Assembly (NCBI GenBank): GCA_000175855.1
Contig: ACYB01000035.1
Span: 360,001 to 392,000 of the forward strand
Direction: 5' to 3'
DNA length: 32,000 bases
Origin: Raphidiopsis brookii D9
GTDB lineage: Bacteria > Cyanobacteriota > Cyanobacteriia > Cyanobacteriales > Nostocaceae
The notes beneath the pieces are model-generated. The model saw only the letters and a program-made list of their open reading frames with translations, was not told where the DNA came from and ran no database searches. The translations under genes were made by a program, and so were the position numbers. Position 1 is the stretch's first letter; each line of letters starts with the position of its first letter. This document shows positions 10,132 to 18,843 of this stretch, one piece after another.

Positions 10132-10755
10132 GTGCAAATTCCCTCCTTTCCCGAAACCAATCACCCCTTGGTGAGATCCCTATTTGAGCAAACCGATCAA
10201 GAGCTGTTCAACCTGTTTCAGCGTTATCCTGATAGTGGTCGGTATTTCACAGCCATATTTGCTCGTTATCATCCCATAGTTTACACCCTGATTCAACACT
10301 CAGCCAAATCTCCCGTTCAAGCAGACTATTTATTTGCCCTAACTTGGCAACAGATATACTATGAAATGAGAGAACTTTCTCTAGAGCAGCCAATAAACGA
10401 GAAAGAGGGATTAAGCCTGCAAAATTGGTTAATTAACATGACAGCCTTTTGCATTAATCGAATTAGCGTACCACCAGCAGAAGCAATTCACTATTCTCTA
10501 CAAGAAACCTCACCTCCGCTCTGGTGCTATTTACAGCAAGCACTAGATAAACTACCACCTGTTCTACGGGTAGTTTTGTTAATGGCGCGAACCTTCCATT
10601 GGAGTGAGACCCGAATTGCTGCTTATTTACAAGCAGAGGGAGAAAATATTTCCGTAGTACAGGTAAGTGATTTATTACAAAAGAGCTCGGACATGTTAGA
10701 AGAAAAACTAGACCCTGACATTCGGGCCATTTACCTTGAAGACACGAGAAATTAA
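10132..10755 (+). CDS. divergent sigma-70-family-like protein (region 4-type HTH)
   Basis: C-terminal LPPVLRVVLLMARTFHWSETRIAAYLQAEGENISVVQVSDLLQKS resembles sigma region 4. The start is GTG. The assignment is tentative. Confidence 0.45.
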   Translation: MQIPSFPETNHPLVRSLFEQTDQELFNLFQRYPDSGRYFTAIFARYHPIVYTLIQHSAKSPVQADYLFALTWQQIYYEMRELSLEQPINEKEGLSLQNWLINMTAFCINRISVPPAEAIHYSLQETSPPLWCYLQQALDKLPPVLRVVLLMARTFHWSETRIAAYLQAEGENISVVQVSDLLQKSSDMLEEKLDPDIRAIYLEDTRN

Positions 10756-10782
10756 GAAATTAATGAAAAATATTAAAAATAA

Positions 10783-12231
10783 TTAGTAAAATTCACTACC
10801 TACAGGTAAGTGAACAACAAAAGTAGTTCCCTGGCCAACAATACTATGAACCTGAATTTCTCCTTGATGTTGCTCTACAATAGTATGGACAATAGCTAAA
10901 CCTAAACCGGATCCAGTCGTAGCATCCCGTTGGGAGCGAGCTGGATCCACACGATAAAATCTATCGAATAGTTTTGGTAAGGATTCCTTAGGAATACCCA
11001 CTCCTGTGTCAATCACTTTAATTTGTAAGCAAGGGCGAGGCATTGTCAAAACTCGTGCCAATTCCACTTGCACTTTTCCTTCCCTGGGAGTGTATTGTAG
11101 GGCGTTACTAATCAAATTAGTGCATAACCTACCTAGTTGATCCCAGTTTCCCATGAGGGTGAACCAGTTTTCCCGTAATATGGAGTCGGTTCCCACTGGA
11201 GGATCCACAAGGATTAAACTAAGGGGAACTTGTTTTTCCGTAGCTACAAGTTCTTGCTCTTCCACCACTTCCATTAACAAAGCATCCATGGGACAGGGTG
11301 AAAACAAGTTAGGACTCATACCATTATCTTGTCTAGCAAGAAACAACAAATCGTTGACCAACCTGCCTAAACGCTGGGTTAATCTTTCAACTAACTGTAA
11401 TTGTTGACGATAATGGGAATAATTGTGTTCATAGTCATGAGCAGTGTAAGAATTTTCCGATTCCAAATCAGCTAATGCAACTTGGACATTGGTTTGAATC
11501 AGCGCTATAGGACTTCTTAACTCGTGGGAAGCATCAGCAGTAAACTGTTTCAACCGTTGATAGGAATCACCCACAGGTTCCATCGCTTTTCCAGACAAAA
11601 ACCAACCACTAGCGCCCACAGAAATTACCATTAACCCTATACCCAAACCTAGATCTACAACCAACTTTCGACTTGGTTTAGTGACTTCAAACCAGGGGTG
11701 ACTGACCCTCAAATAGCCTAAAACATGTCTTCCTATTTCCACTCGATGGGTGACCTGTCGCAGTAATAGCTCTGAGTTACCCCATCCTCCCATCACCTGT
11801 ACAGTTTCGTTGGTGTTCCCACGAATGGGAATGTGTAAGGGTTCGGAAAAGGTGGACCACCTTAATTCACCGGTAGGGGTAAACCATTCTAAATCAATAT
11901 GATCGTCTTCATTTGTACTCGTATTATTGCGAAAACTTGCTTCTATGTTGACACTAACTATGTCTTGTTTAGGTGTTTTAACTCCTTGATACCTTAATTT
12001 TAGTTTACTTGGTTCCAAATTAACTTTTTCAATTACTAATGAGCGCTCTACTACCTCTACCACATGATTTAAAGTGTCATCAATTCTCTCAATTAGTGTG
12101 CTGTGGACATACCAATATACTCCAGTGGCAAACAAAAGTAGTAAAATAGCGGTAATAGCGGTATACCAAAGAGCAAGACGACGACGAGTAGCTTGGAACA
12201 TATACAGTGGATAATGACAAGCAGTTAACAA
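10783..12231 (-). CDS. membrane sensor histidine kinase
   Basis: Two TM segments, an H-box FTADASHELRSPIA, and HATPase_c N/G boxes (NLISNALQYTP, DTGVGIP, GSGLGLAIV). Confidence 0.9.
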   Translation of the reverse strand: MLTACHYPLYMFQATRRRLALWYTAITAILLLLFATGVYWYVHSTLIERIDDTLNHVVEVVERSLVIEKVNLEPSKLKLRYQGVKTPKQDIVSVNIEASFRNNTSTNEDDHIDLEWFTPTGELRWSTFSEPLHIPIRGNTNETVQVMGGWGNSELLLRQVTHRVEIGRHVLGYLRVSHPWFEVTKPSRKLVVDLGLGIGLMVISVGASGWFLSGKAMEPVGDSYQRLKQFTADASHELRSPIALIQTNVQVALADLESENSYTAHDYEHNYSHYRQQLQLVERLTQRLGRLVNDLLFLARQDNGMSPNLFSPCPMDALLMEVVEEQELVATEKQVPLSLILVDPPVGTDSILRENWFTLMGNWDQLGRLCTNLISNALQYTPREGKVQVELARVLTMPRPCLQIKVIDTGVGIPKESLPKLFDRFYRVDPARSQRDATTGSGLGLAIVHTIVEQHQGEIQVHSIVGQGTTFVVHLPVGSEFY

Positions 12232-12262
12232 TAACTTTTAACTAGACAAATAATTAGGGGTT

Positions 12263-12292
12263 CTTAAATTTTTCTTAACCAAAACTTAACAT
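12263..12292 (+). promoter_or_regulatory. Pho-box-like element (three 8-bp CTTAA-type repeats at 11-bp spacing) in the divergent kinase/ppk promoter region
   Basis: CTTAAATT (12263), CTTAACCA (12274) and CTTAACAT (12285), compared with the Synechocystis SphR consensus PyTTAAPyPy(T/A) repeated three times with 3-bp linkers. Confidence 0.45.
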
Positions 12293-12348
12293 TACAATTT
12301 GATTAATTAACTGGTAACGACATAGCAACATCTACTAGGTGATAGATA

Positions 12349-14548
12349 ATGATGGCCAAACCGAAAAAAAACAATCCTCCAATTGTTAGTTTAGATGAAC
12401 CGATTAATTTAAATGACCCAGAATATTATATTAATAGGGAATTAAGTTGGTTACAGTTTAATAGCAGGGTGTTACATGAGGGATGCGATGAACGCACACC
12501 ACTATTAGAGAGACTCAAATTTCTAGCTATTTTCAGCTCTAACCTGGATGAGTTTTTCATGGTGCGTGTTGCAGGACTAAAGCAGCAGGTGGAAGCAAAA
12601 GTAAATCTTCTTACTCCTGATGGGCGCACACCACAACAACAACTAGATGACATTAGGTTACATTTAAGCCCATTAGTAGCAAAACAGAACCAACAGTTTG
12701 AGGAAATCCTACAACCTTTGTTGTCTAATCAAGGTATTTATATTATCAAATATATGGATATGAATGAGCAACAGAAGTTGTATCTGGATGAATATTTTAA
12801 AGAACAAATATTTCCCGTTCTCACCCCCTTAGCAGTGGATCCCAGTCATCCCTTTCCTTACATTTCTAATCTCAGCTTGAATTTGGCTGTGGTGGTCAAA
12901 AATCCAGAGACAGAAGAAGAATATTTTGCCCGGGTGAAAGTACCAAAAGTTCTACCAAGATTTATCCCCTTACCTTCCGAACTAGCAAGTGATAATGGTA
13001 GACCAATTCACTGGATTGGCGTACCTTTAGAACAGGCGATCGCCCATAATTTAGATCGATTATTTCCGGGGATGAACATTCAAGAATGCCATCCTTTTCG
13101 GATCACTCGAGATGCGGACTTAGAGCTAGAAGAAGATGAAGCAGATGACCTATTACTAGCCATTGAACAAGAACTACGTAAAAGGCGGATGGGTGGGACA
13201 CCGGTGCGATTAGAAATTCAATCACAAACACCGGAAAATTTACGTTCTCGGTTATTAGAAGACCTAGAATTGACTGCCAATGATGTTTACCAAGTAAATG
13301 GTTTACTAGGTTTGAGGGATCTAATGTATTTTATGGGATTATCCTTACCGGAACTGAAAGATCCTCCACGTCAATCAGTGATTCCTTCCCGGTTACAGCG
13401 GTTAAAAGAACCCTGTTTAGATCCCGATGTTTTAGAAACAGAAGATGGAAAAGATTTCTTTTCTGTAATTAGAGAAAAAGATTTATTAGTCCATCATCCC
13501 TACCAATCATTTTCCGGTACAGTAGAGCAATTTATTACCCATGCAGCATGGGATCCTCAAGTGTTAGCGATTAAGATGACATTGTATCGTACTTCTGGGG
13601 ATTCACCCATAGTAAATGCCTTAATTGCTGCAGCTGAAAATGGTAAACAAGTGTCAGTTTTAGTGGAATTAAAAGCCCGTTTTGATGAAGAAAATAATAT
13701 CTACTGGGCTAGACGATTAGAAAAAGTTGGAGTTCATGTAGTTTATGGATTAGCGGGTTTGAAAACCCATAGTAAAATAGTGCTAGTAGTCAGGAGAGAA
13801 AAAGAAAAAATCTGTCGTTACGTCCATATTGGTACAGGTAATTATAACCCAAAAACAGCCAGACTATACACAGACCTGGGATTGTTCAGTTGTCGGGAAG
13901 AACTGGGTGCAGATCTGACCGATGTATTTAACTTCTTAACCGGATATTCTCTGCAAAAAAACTAATCGAGAGATATTAGTTGCTCCGGTGAATATGCGCA
14001 ACCGCTTTTTAGAACTAATTTACAGGGAAATTACCAATGTACAAAATGGATTCTCTGGAAGGATCGTCGCCAAAATGAATGCGTTAGTTGATCCTGAAAT
14101 CATTGCTACCCTATATACCGCGTCCTGTGCAGGGGTGCAAATCGACTTGATAGTTAGAGGTATATGCTGTTTAAGACCTGGAATGAAAAATATTAGTGAT
14201 AATATTCGCATTATGAGTATTATTGGCCGATTTCTAGAACATTCTCGCATTTTTTACTTCCACAACAATGGTCAGGAAGAAATATATATTGGGAGTGCGG
14301 ACTGGATGCGTCGCAATTTAGATCGGAGAGTGGAGGTTATTACACCAATTAGAGACCAAGAAATTGCCAAAGATCTACAAGAAATCCTCGGGATTATGTT
14401 AGCAGATAATCGTCAAGCTTGGGATTTACAACCGGATGGCAATTACACTCAAAGAACACCCAAAGATAACAGTTCAGAAGCTAACTCCCAAACGATTCTT
14501 ATGTCTATGAACCAAAACAATTACCCAAAGCCGCTTATGCAGAATTAA
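12349..14548 (+). pseudogene. ppk: polyphosphate kinase 1, split by a +1 frameshift in an A7 run (ORFs 12349-13965 and 13988-14548)
   Basis: The N-terminal ORF carries YINRELSWLQFNSRVL and the phospho-His region LKTHSKIVLVV. The second ORF carries the C-terminal PLD-like domain ([10 protein letters not shown]). The second frame is open from 13940. Removing one A from 13955-13961 gives a continuous [20 protein letters not shown]. Confidence 0.85.
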
Positions 14549-14604
14549 GAATAATTTTAAGTAAGCTAAAAATAACATCCCCATTTCTATCCTAACTGGA
14601 TAAT

Positions 14605-14787
14605 TTAATTCGTGTTTTCACTTGAAAATACACGATTAAACTCTTCCAGAAGATCATCTAACTCTTCCAAGGCTTGATTTACATCAACCCTAAGAGTGCC
14701 CAAGTTAGGCTGTTCCAGTAACCCTAGTAGGTATTCGCGCTTAGTTTGCACTAGGGAGATTCTTTGCTTTATTGTTTCCAGATCCAT
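14605..14787 (-). CDS. small hypothetical protein (helical/coiled-coil-like)
   Basis: 60-aa ORF with no recognisable motif. Codon composition looks plausible. Confidence 0.3.
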   Translation of the reverse strand: MDLETIKQRISLVQTKREYLLGLLEQPNLGTLRVDVNQALEELDDLLEEFNRVFSSENTN

Positions 14788-14934
14788 AAGTTTTCCTCGT
14801 ATTGTTAAATACTACTAGTTAAATTTATAGCCTATTATGGATTTCCGGAGAAAGCTAAATATGGCAAATCCCAGATAGTGCCCAGATAGTGTAAAATACT
14901 TGCCAATATCAATAAATGATCAGCATCTAAAATC

Positions 14935-15489
14935 ATGTTCGGCAAAATCTCTTTGGGAACACTCGGTTTAACTGTAGGTAGTATATTAACCATTATGGGC
15001 TTTATAGCTTATGGTTTGGATAACGCGACCTTGAATTTGGTAGGGTTTTTTTATGGATTTCCCCTGTTATTAGGTGGTTTGGCACTCAAAGCTAATGAAC
15101 TCCAACCGATACCCTTTAGTGAACCTACCACAGAGTCGGTATTGGAACTCAGGAAGCAGCAAGCTACTATTACCCAAAATAAAATCCGTAAAGATATTAC
15201 AAGATTTTGCTACGGACAACAGGCTCACTTAGATAGAGCCCTTGACTATCTAGGCTTAAATCCCACGGACGAAGAACGCCCTGTAGTCGTTGGTCTGCGA
15301 GAAACTTCCCTTGACGGTTCTTATTGTCTAATTCTAGAGTTTGACTCTCCCCTGATCCCTCTGGATACATGGTTGGAAAAACAAGAGAAAATGACTAAGT
15401 ATTTTGCACCTAATGTTCATGTAAAAATCACTCAGCCAGATGAAGATAAAATTGAATTGGAATTAATTACTACAAACCATTCTAATTAA
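14935..15489 (+). CDS. conserved membrane protein with two N-terminal TM helices (tentatively DUF2854-like)
   Basis: 184-aa ORF with TM helices GTLGLTVGSILTIMGFIAYGL and LVGFFYGFPLLLGGLAL followed by a soluble domain. Confidence 0.45.
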   Translation: MFGKISLGTLGLTVGSILTIMGFIAYGLDNATLNLVGFFYGFPLLLGGLALKANELQPIPFSEPTTESVLELRKQQATITQNKIRKDITRFCYGQQAHLDRALDYLGLNPTDEERPVVVGLRETSLDGSYCLILEFDSPLIPLDTWLEKQEKMTKYFAPNVHVKITQPDEDKIELELITTNHSN

Positions 15490-15507
15490 TCTGATATCAA
15501 GACGCTT

Positions 15508-15777
15508 TTACTTTTCTAATCTAACAGCATACCATTGTAAATATCGCCCTGGTCCCAAATCTAATTCGCAGGTGGTATCAATTAAATGGTTCACCTGTTC
15601 TATTAGGGATCCAATTTTTCTCACATCTAAAGGTATATCTTCTATAGGCATTTGACTTAAAGTATTTTGCAACTTTTCTAACAATTCTAGCTTCGTCAAA
15701 AACTGTTCTTCTTGGTTAGTTTCCAGAACAACAAAATTTTCCTCTTCATACATCAATGGGTGTGGCATAGTTAACAA
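15508..15777 (-). CDS. hypothetical protein
   Basis: 89-aa ORF of non-repetitive sequence with no recognised motif. Confidence 0.35.
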   Translation of the reverse strand: MLTMPHPLMYEEENFVVLETNQEEQFLTKLELLEKLQNTLSQMPIEDIPLDVRKIGSLIEQVNHLIDTTCELDLGPGRYLQWYAVRLEK

Positions 15778-15998
15778 ATGATTAAAAAGATTGAGAATAG
15801 CTAAAATGTAGCATGGGTATCATACCACGGTTCTTTAAGATTAAGTCCTTCTATAATCATTTTACCTAAAGGATATCTATAAATAATTCCCTGTATACCC
15901 AAAATTTTATAAAACCAAAAAACCCATTTATACAGACCAATTGCCTGATTTTCTGAAAGCCAATTACTAATATTTGATATTCCCCCCTTCGCGAAAGA

Positions 15999-16210
15999 GC
16001 GATCGCGGTTCCAATTTCTCATCTCTACAGCACCAGAGGATTTGTGGGGATTGAATACTGAATGTGACCATGATATCTCAACAAAGCGATCGCTATTCCT
16101 TCTATCTCCCATTACATCACCACAGGATTTGTGGCAATTGAACACTGGATATGACTATGATATCCCAACAAAGCGATCGCCATTCAGTCCATCTCTACAT
16201 CAAATGTTAA
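15999..16210 (+). repeat. tandem array of 87-bp units (2 complete plus about 0.4), each beginning with HIP1 GCGATCGC
   Basis: Units start at 15999, 16086 and 16173, an exact 87-bp period. The 3' ~60 nt of units 1 and 2 are about 85% identical by eye and the 5' ~20 nt are variable. Confidence 0.75.
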
Positions 16211-16257
16211 ATTTCATTAAATGTGTAACTTAAAAAATCAAAATCTGGTAAAACTAA

Positions 16258-17331
16258 TTGGATGGAAATCACATAAATATAATCAAAAATAATATAAAAG
16301 TGCAACAACAAGTATTAGACTTTAGAAATCAAATTATTTTGGGTGACAATCTATCTATTCTTAAACAAATAGAAAATGATACTTTTGATTTAATCATCAC
16401 TTCACCCCCGTATTTTCAGCAACGTGATTATGGAAATGATAATTTAGGTATAGGTAATGAAACAACTCAAGCAGAATATTTAGAAAATATCTTAACGGTA
16501 TTTTGGGAATGTGTGCGCGTTTTAAAAAAAACAGGAGCAATAGTTTTTAATTTGGGAGATAAATATATTAATGGTAGTTTATCTCTAATTCCTTATAAAT
16601 TTGCCATTCAAGCCACCCAAAATCAAAGTATTTTTCTGATTAATCAAATTATGTGGTCAAAACTAAATCCTACACCACGCCAAGATAAAAGAAAATTAAT
16701 ACAAGCTACAGAGCCTTTCTTTCTATTTGCCAAATCAAAGGATTATTACTTTAATGTAGATAATTATTTACAACATTTAGATACTTTTAATATAGGTATT
16801 AAAAGTAAACCATCTGACAAATTAGGTAAAAAATATCTGGAATTGATTAAAAATTCCGATTTAACCGAAGAGCAGAAAACAAATGCTACTCAAGCATTAA
16901 ATCAAACTATTTTAGCAGTACATAATAGAGAAATTGAAGGATTTAGAATGAAAATTCATGGGATACATAAATTAGCCTATGGTGGACAAGATGGCGGGAG
17001 AAATAATCAAATTAAGAATCATGGTTTTACTATTATTAGAATTTTAGGAAACACCATGAAAAAAGACATTATTGAAAGTCCAGTAGAAATTACTAAAAAT
17101 AATCATCATCCAGCAGTTTATCCTTTATATATTATTCAAGAACTCATTAAATTGTTAACTAAAGAAGGTGATTTTGTTCTTGATCCTTTTTGTGGTAGTG
17201 GTACAACTTGTATCGCAGCTAGAAATTTAAGTAGAAAGTATTTAGGAATTGAAATTAATCCTGATTATGTAAATTTAGCTAATAACCGCATGGAAGAACC
17301 TGATTGTAAACAACAGGAATTATTTATATAA
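16258..17331 (+). CDS. beta-class N4-cytosine/N6-adenine DNA methyltransferase (N6_N4_Mtase family), apparently orphan
   Basis: Catalytic motif IV IITSPPYFQQRDY lies N-terminal to SAM motif I VLDPFCGSGTTCIAA (the beta-class order). The gene is visibly AT-rich relative to its neighbours. Confidence 0.9.
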   Translation: MDGNHINIIKNNIKVQQQVLDFRNQIILGDNLSILKQIENDTFDLIITSPPYFQQRDYGNDNLGIGNETTQAEYLENILTVFWECVRVLKKTGAIVFNLGDKYINGSLSLIPYKFAIQATQNQSIFLINQIMWSKLNPTPRQDKRKLIQATEPFFLFAKSKDYYFNVDNYLQHLDTFNIGIKSKPSDKLGKKYLELIKNSDLTEEQKTNATQALNQTILAVHNREIEGFRMKIHGIHKLAYGGQDGGRNNQIKNHGFTIIRILGNTMKKDIIESPVEITKNNHHPAVYPLYIIQELIKLLTKEGDFVLDPFCGSGTTCIAARNLSRKYLGIEINPDYVNLANNRMEEPDCKQQELFI

Positions 17332-17416
17332 ATATAATTATAACCGAGAAAAAGAAAGATTATAAAATAAGACTATCAACAAGTTATTAAACTAATTAAA
17401 ATTCAATCTTTTACGA

Positions 17417-17516
17417 GCGATCGCTATTCACCCTATGTCCCATTACAGCGCCACGGAATTTTTTTCGAGGGGGTCGACTATTGACCATTGGACGTGATAC
17501 CCTGATAATGGGAATC
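17417..17516 (+). repeat. diverged solitary member of the 87-bp HIP1-bounded repeat family
   Basis: gcgatcgctattcaccctatgtcccattacagcgccacgg compared with unit 2 gcgatcgctattccttctatctcccattacatcaccacagg. The downstream attgaccattggacgtga resembles attgaacactggatatga. Confidence 0.5.
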
Positions 17517-18052
17517 TGTACGCTTTTTTTATGAACTTTCACACCCCATTGTACTCAACCTCTATAATACCATACTTCCACCCCTTCAACCATAAAAAAC
17601 TTATATTAACCCTCTATAAAGATAATTTTTTCTTATTAGTCACCTTTATACACTGGGATGACAAAATTGACGTAGCTATTGCAGTATAACTCTTTGAGCG
17701 ATTTTTATTCTGCTGTGATGAATAATCCAGGCTAAACGCAAATTTGGAGACAAACATATCGATAGGGACTTAGAAGCAAGAATTATGGCGTTGAAGATTA
17801 ACGTTATAGCGCTATAGATAGGTTAGAAGAAGAAATACTAGATTTTTTCAGTGTTGAGGATTTAGTGGAGTGGTTAAAAAAGTTAAAACCCTCTAAGTAT
17901 AAACTAACTTTTAGGGGTGATCAATAGCGATCGCCCTCTGAGTATTCCCCAAAAAAGAAAAGTAACTATTTATAAGTTATATGAAAAAATAATTCGGCAT
18001 TTACCCCATTCTATTATACCATTATGACAGAGTCAACTCCTGTTGATTTCAT

Positions 18053-18385
18053 TTGTATAATAACTCTTGCTGGAGGCTTGGTATGCCGTTAATTGAAGCT
18101 TATGTCTCTGCTTGGCAACGTTCCTTTGAATATGGTGGTCGTTCTAATAGAGCTGATTTTTGGTGGTTTGTACTGGCCAATATTATTGTTAGTTTGATTG
18201 TCGGTCTAATTTCTTCCAGAATTCAGACAGTTTATGCAATAGCTACCATTCTACCATCAATTCCATTATCGGTGCGTCGCCTGCGAGATATTGGTAAGTC
18301 TTGGTTGTGGCTTTTCATTGGGTTAATTCCAATTGTAGGCTCTATTTGGTTAATTGTACTGTACTGCCAACCATCAGTAATCTGA
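18053..18385 (+). CDS. DUF805-family inner-membrane protein (probable start ATG 18083)
   Basis: GRSNRADFWWFVLANIIV...LSVRRLRDIGKSWLWLFIGLIPIVGSIWLIVL is the characteristic DUF805 pattern. Confidence 0.75.
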   Translation: MYNNSCWRLGMPLIEAYVSAWQRSFEYGGRSNRADFWWFVLANIIVSLIVGLISSRIQTVYAIATILPSIPLSVRRLRDIGKSWLWLFIGLIPIVGSIWLIVLYCQPSVI

Positions 18386-18411
18386 GCAGTGTAATCTTAT
18401 CTAGCATTACT

Positions 18412-18715
18412 TCATGAATTACGGTGGTGGAAATACTTATGTGTACGCTCTACATGTGTGGACAGGAGGTAAGTACACCACTCCCCCAACTTGCCTACCT
18501 CCATTGCGCCTTTATACTGAAAAACATGGGAATTGGTTAATACAGTGTATGTGTTACCATTCTTGTTGAGAATAACACCTGACCCTTGGTCAGGAGCACT
18601 AAGGCGAACGGTAGGTCTCCATAGCGATCGCCCCAATTTCTTTATCAGCAAATGTTCGTAAAAGGCGATCGCCCTTCTCCTTGCCCCACATTCCTAATTT
18701 GACTATACTTGACAT
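18412..18715 (-). pseudogene. remnant of a trypsin-like (S1) serine peptidase gene, frameshifted and 3'-truncated
   Basis: The frame from ATG 18715 reads ...FADKEIGAIAMET and then stops. The adjacent frame continues TVRLSAPDQGSGVILNKNGNTYTVLTNSHV (the His-region motif of S1 peptidases). Homology then ends. The Asp and Ser catalytic regions are missing. Confidence 0.45.
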
Positions 18716-18843
18716 CTTGATCCAACCAATGTAATGTAAAACCGAGGTTAAATGGTTTGCTTGTTTGAGGTAGCTAAAGCTGCCCTGTTATTGTTCTTCC
18801 ACCAGCTAAAGCGTGGTGGTTTCCCAACTCCCGTGAGGTTTAC

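Noticed and set aside
13954-13965. Programmed -1 ribosomal frameshifting on the in-phase slippery heptamer A_AAA_AAC in ppk1.
   Set aside because: The heptamer is in the correct phase for a -1 slip. However, the -1 frame reads CTA ATC GAG AGA TAT TAG and terminates after 5 codons. The downstream PPK domain is in the +1 frame, so a classical -1 frameshift cannot rescue the gene.
14870-14891. Tandem 11-bp duplication cccagatagtg x2 upstream of the 14935 gene.
   Set aside because: It is real in the sequence, but it is only two copies with no known motif. It is most simply a slippage duplication, and no function can be supported.
15801-16233. ORFs 15801-16145 (-) and 16042-16233 (+), which show a 29-aa internal repeat.
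   Set aside because: They are produced by reading through the 87-bp (29-codon) tandem DNA repeats and are open on both strands. Only the C-terminal about 55 codons of the minus ORF (15801-15965) lie outside the repeats, and they have no recognisable motif. There is not enough support to call a gene.
16251-17397. 9-bp direct repeat AAACTAATT (16251-16259 and 17389-17397) considered as a target-site duplication delimiting a methyltransferase cassette.
   Set aside because: A 9-mer made only of A, T and one C has a substantial chance of recurring within 1.1 kb of AT-rich DNA. The first copy overlaps the gene start. There are no associated inverted repeats or recombinase.
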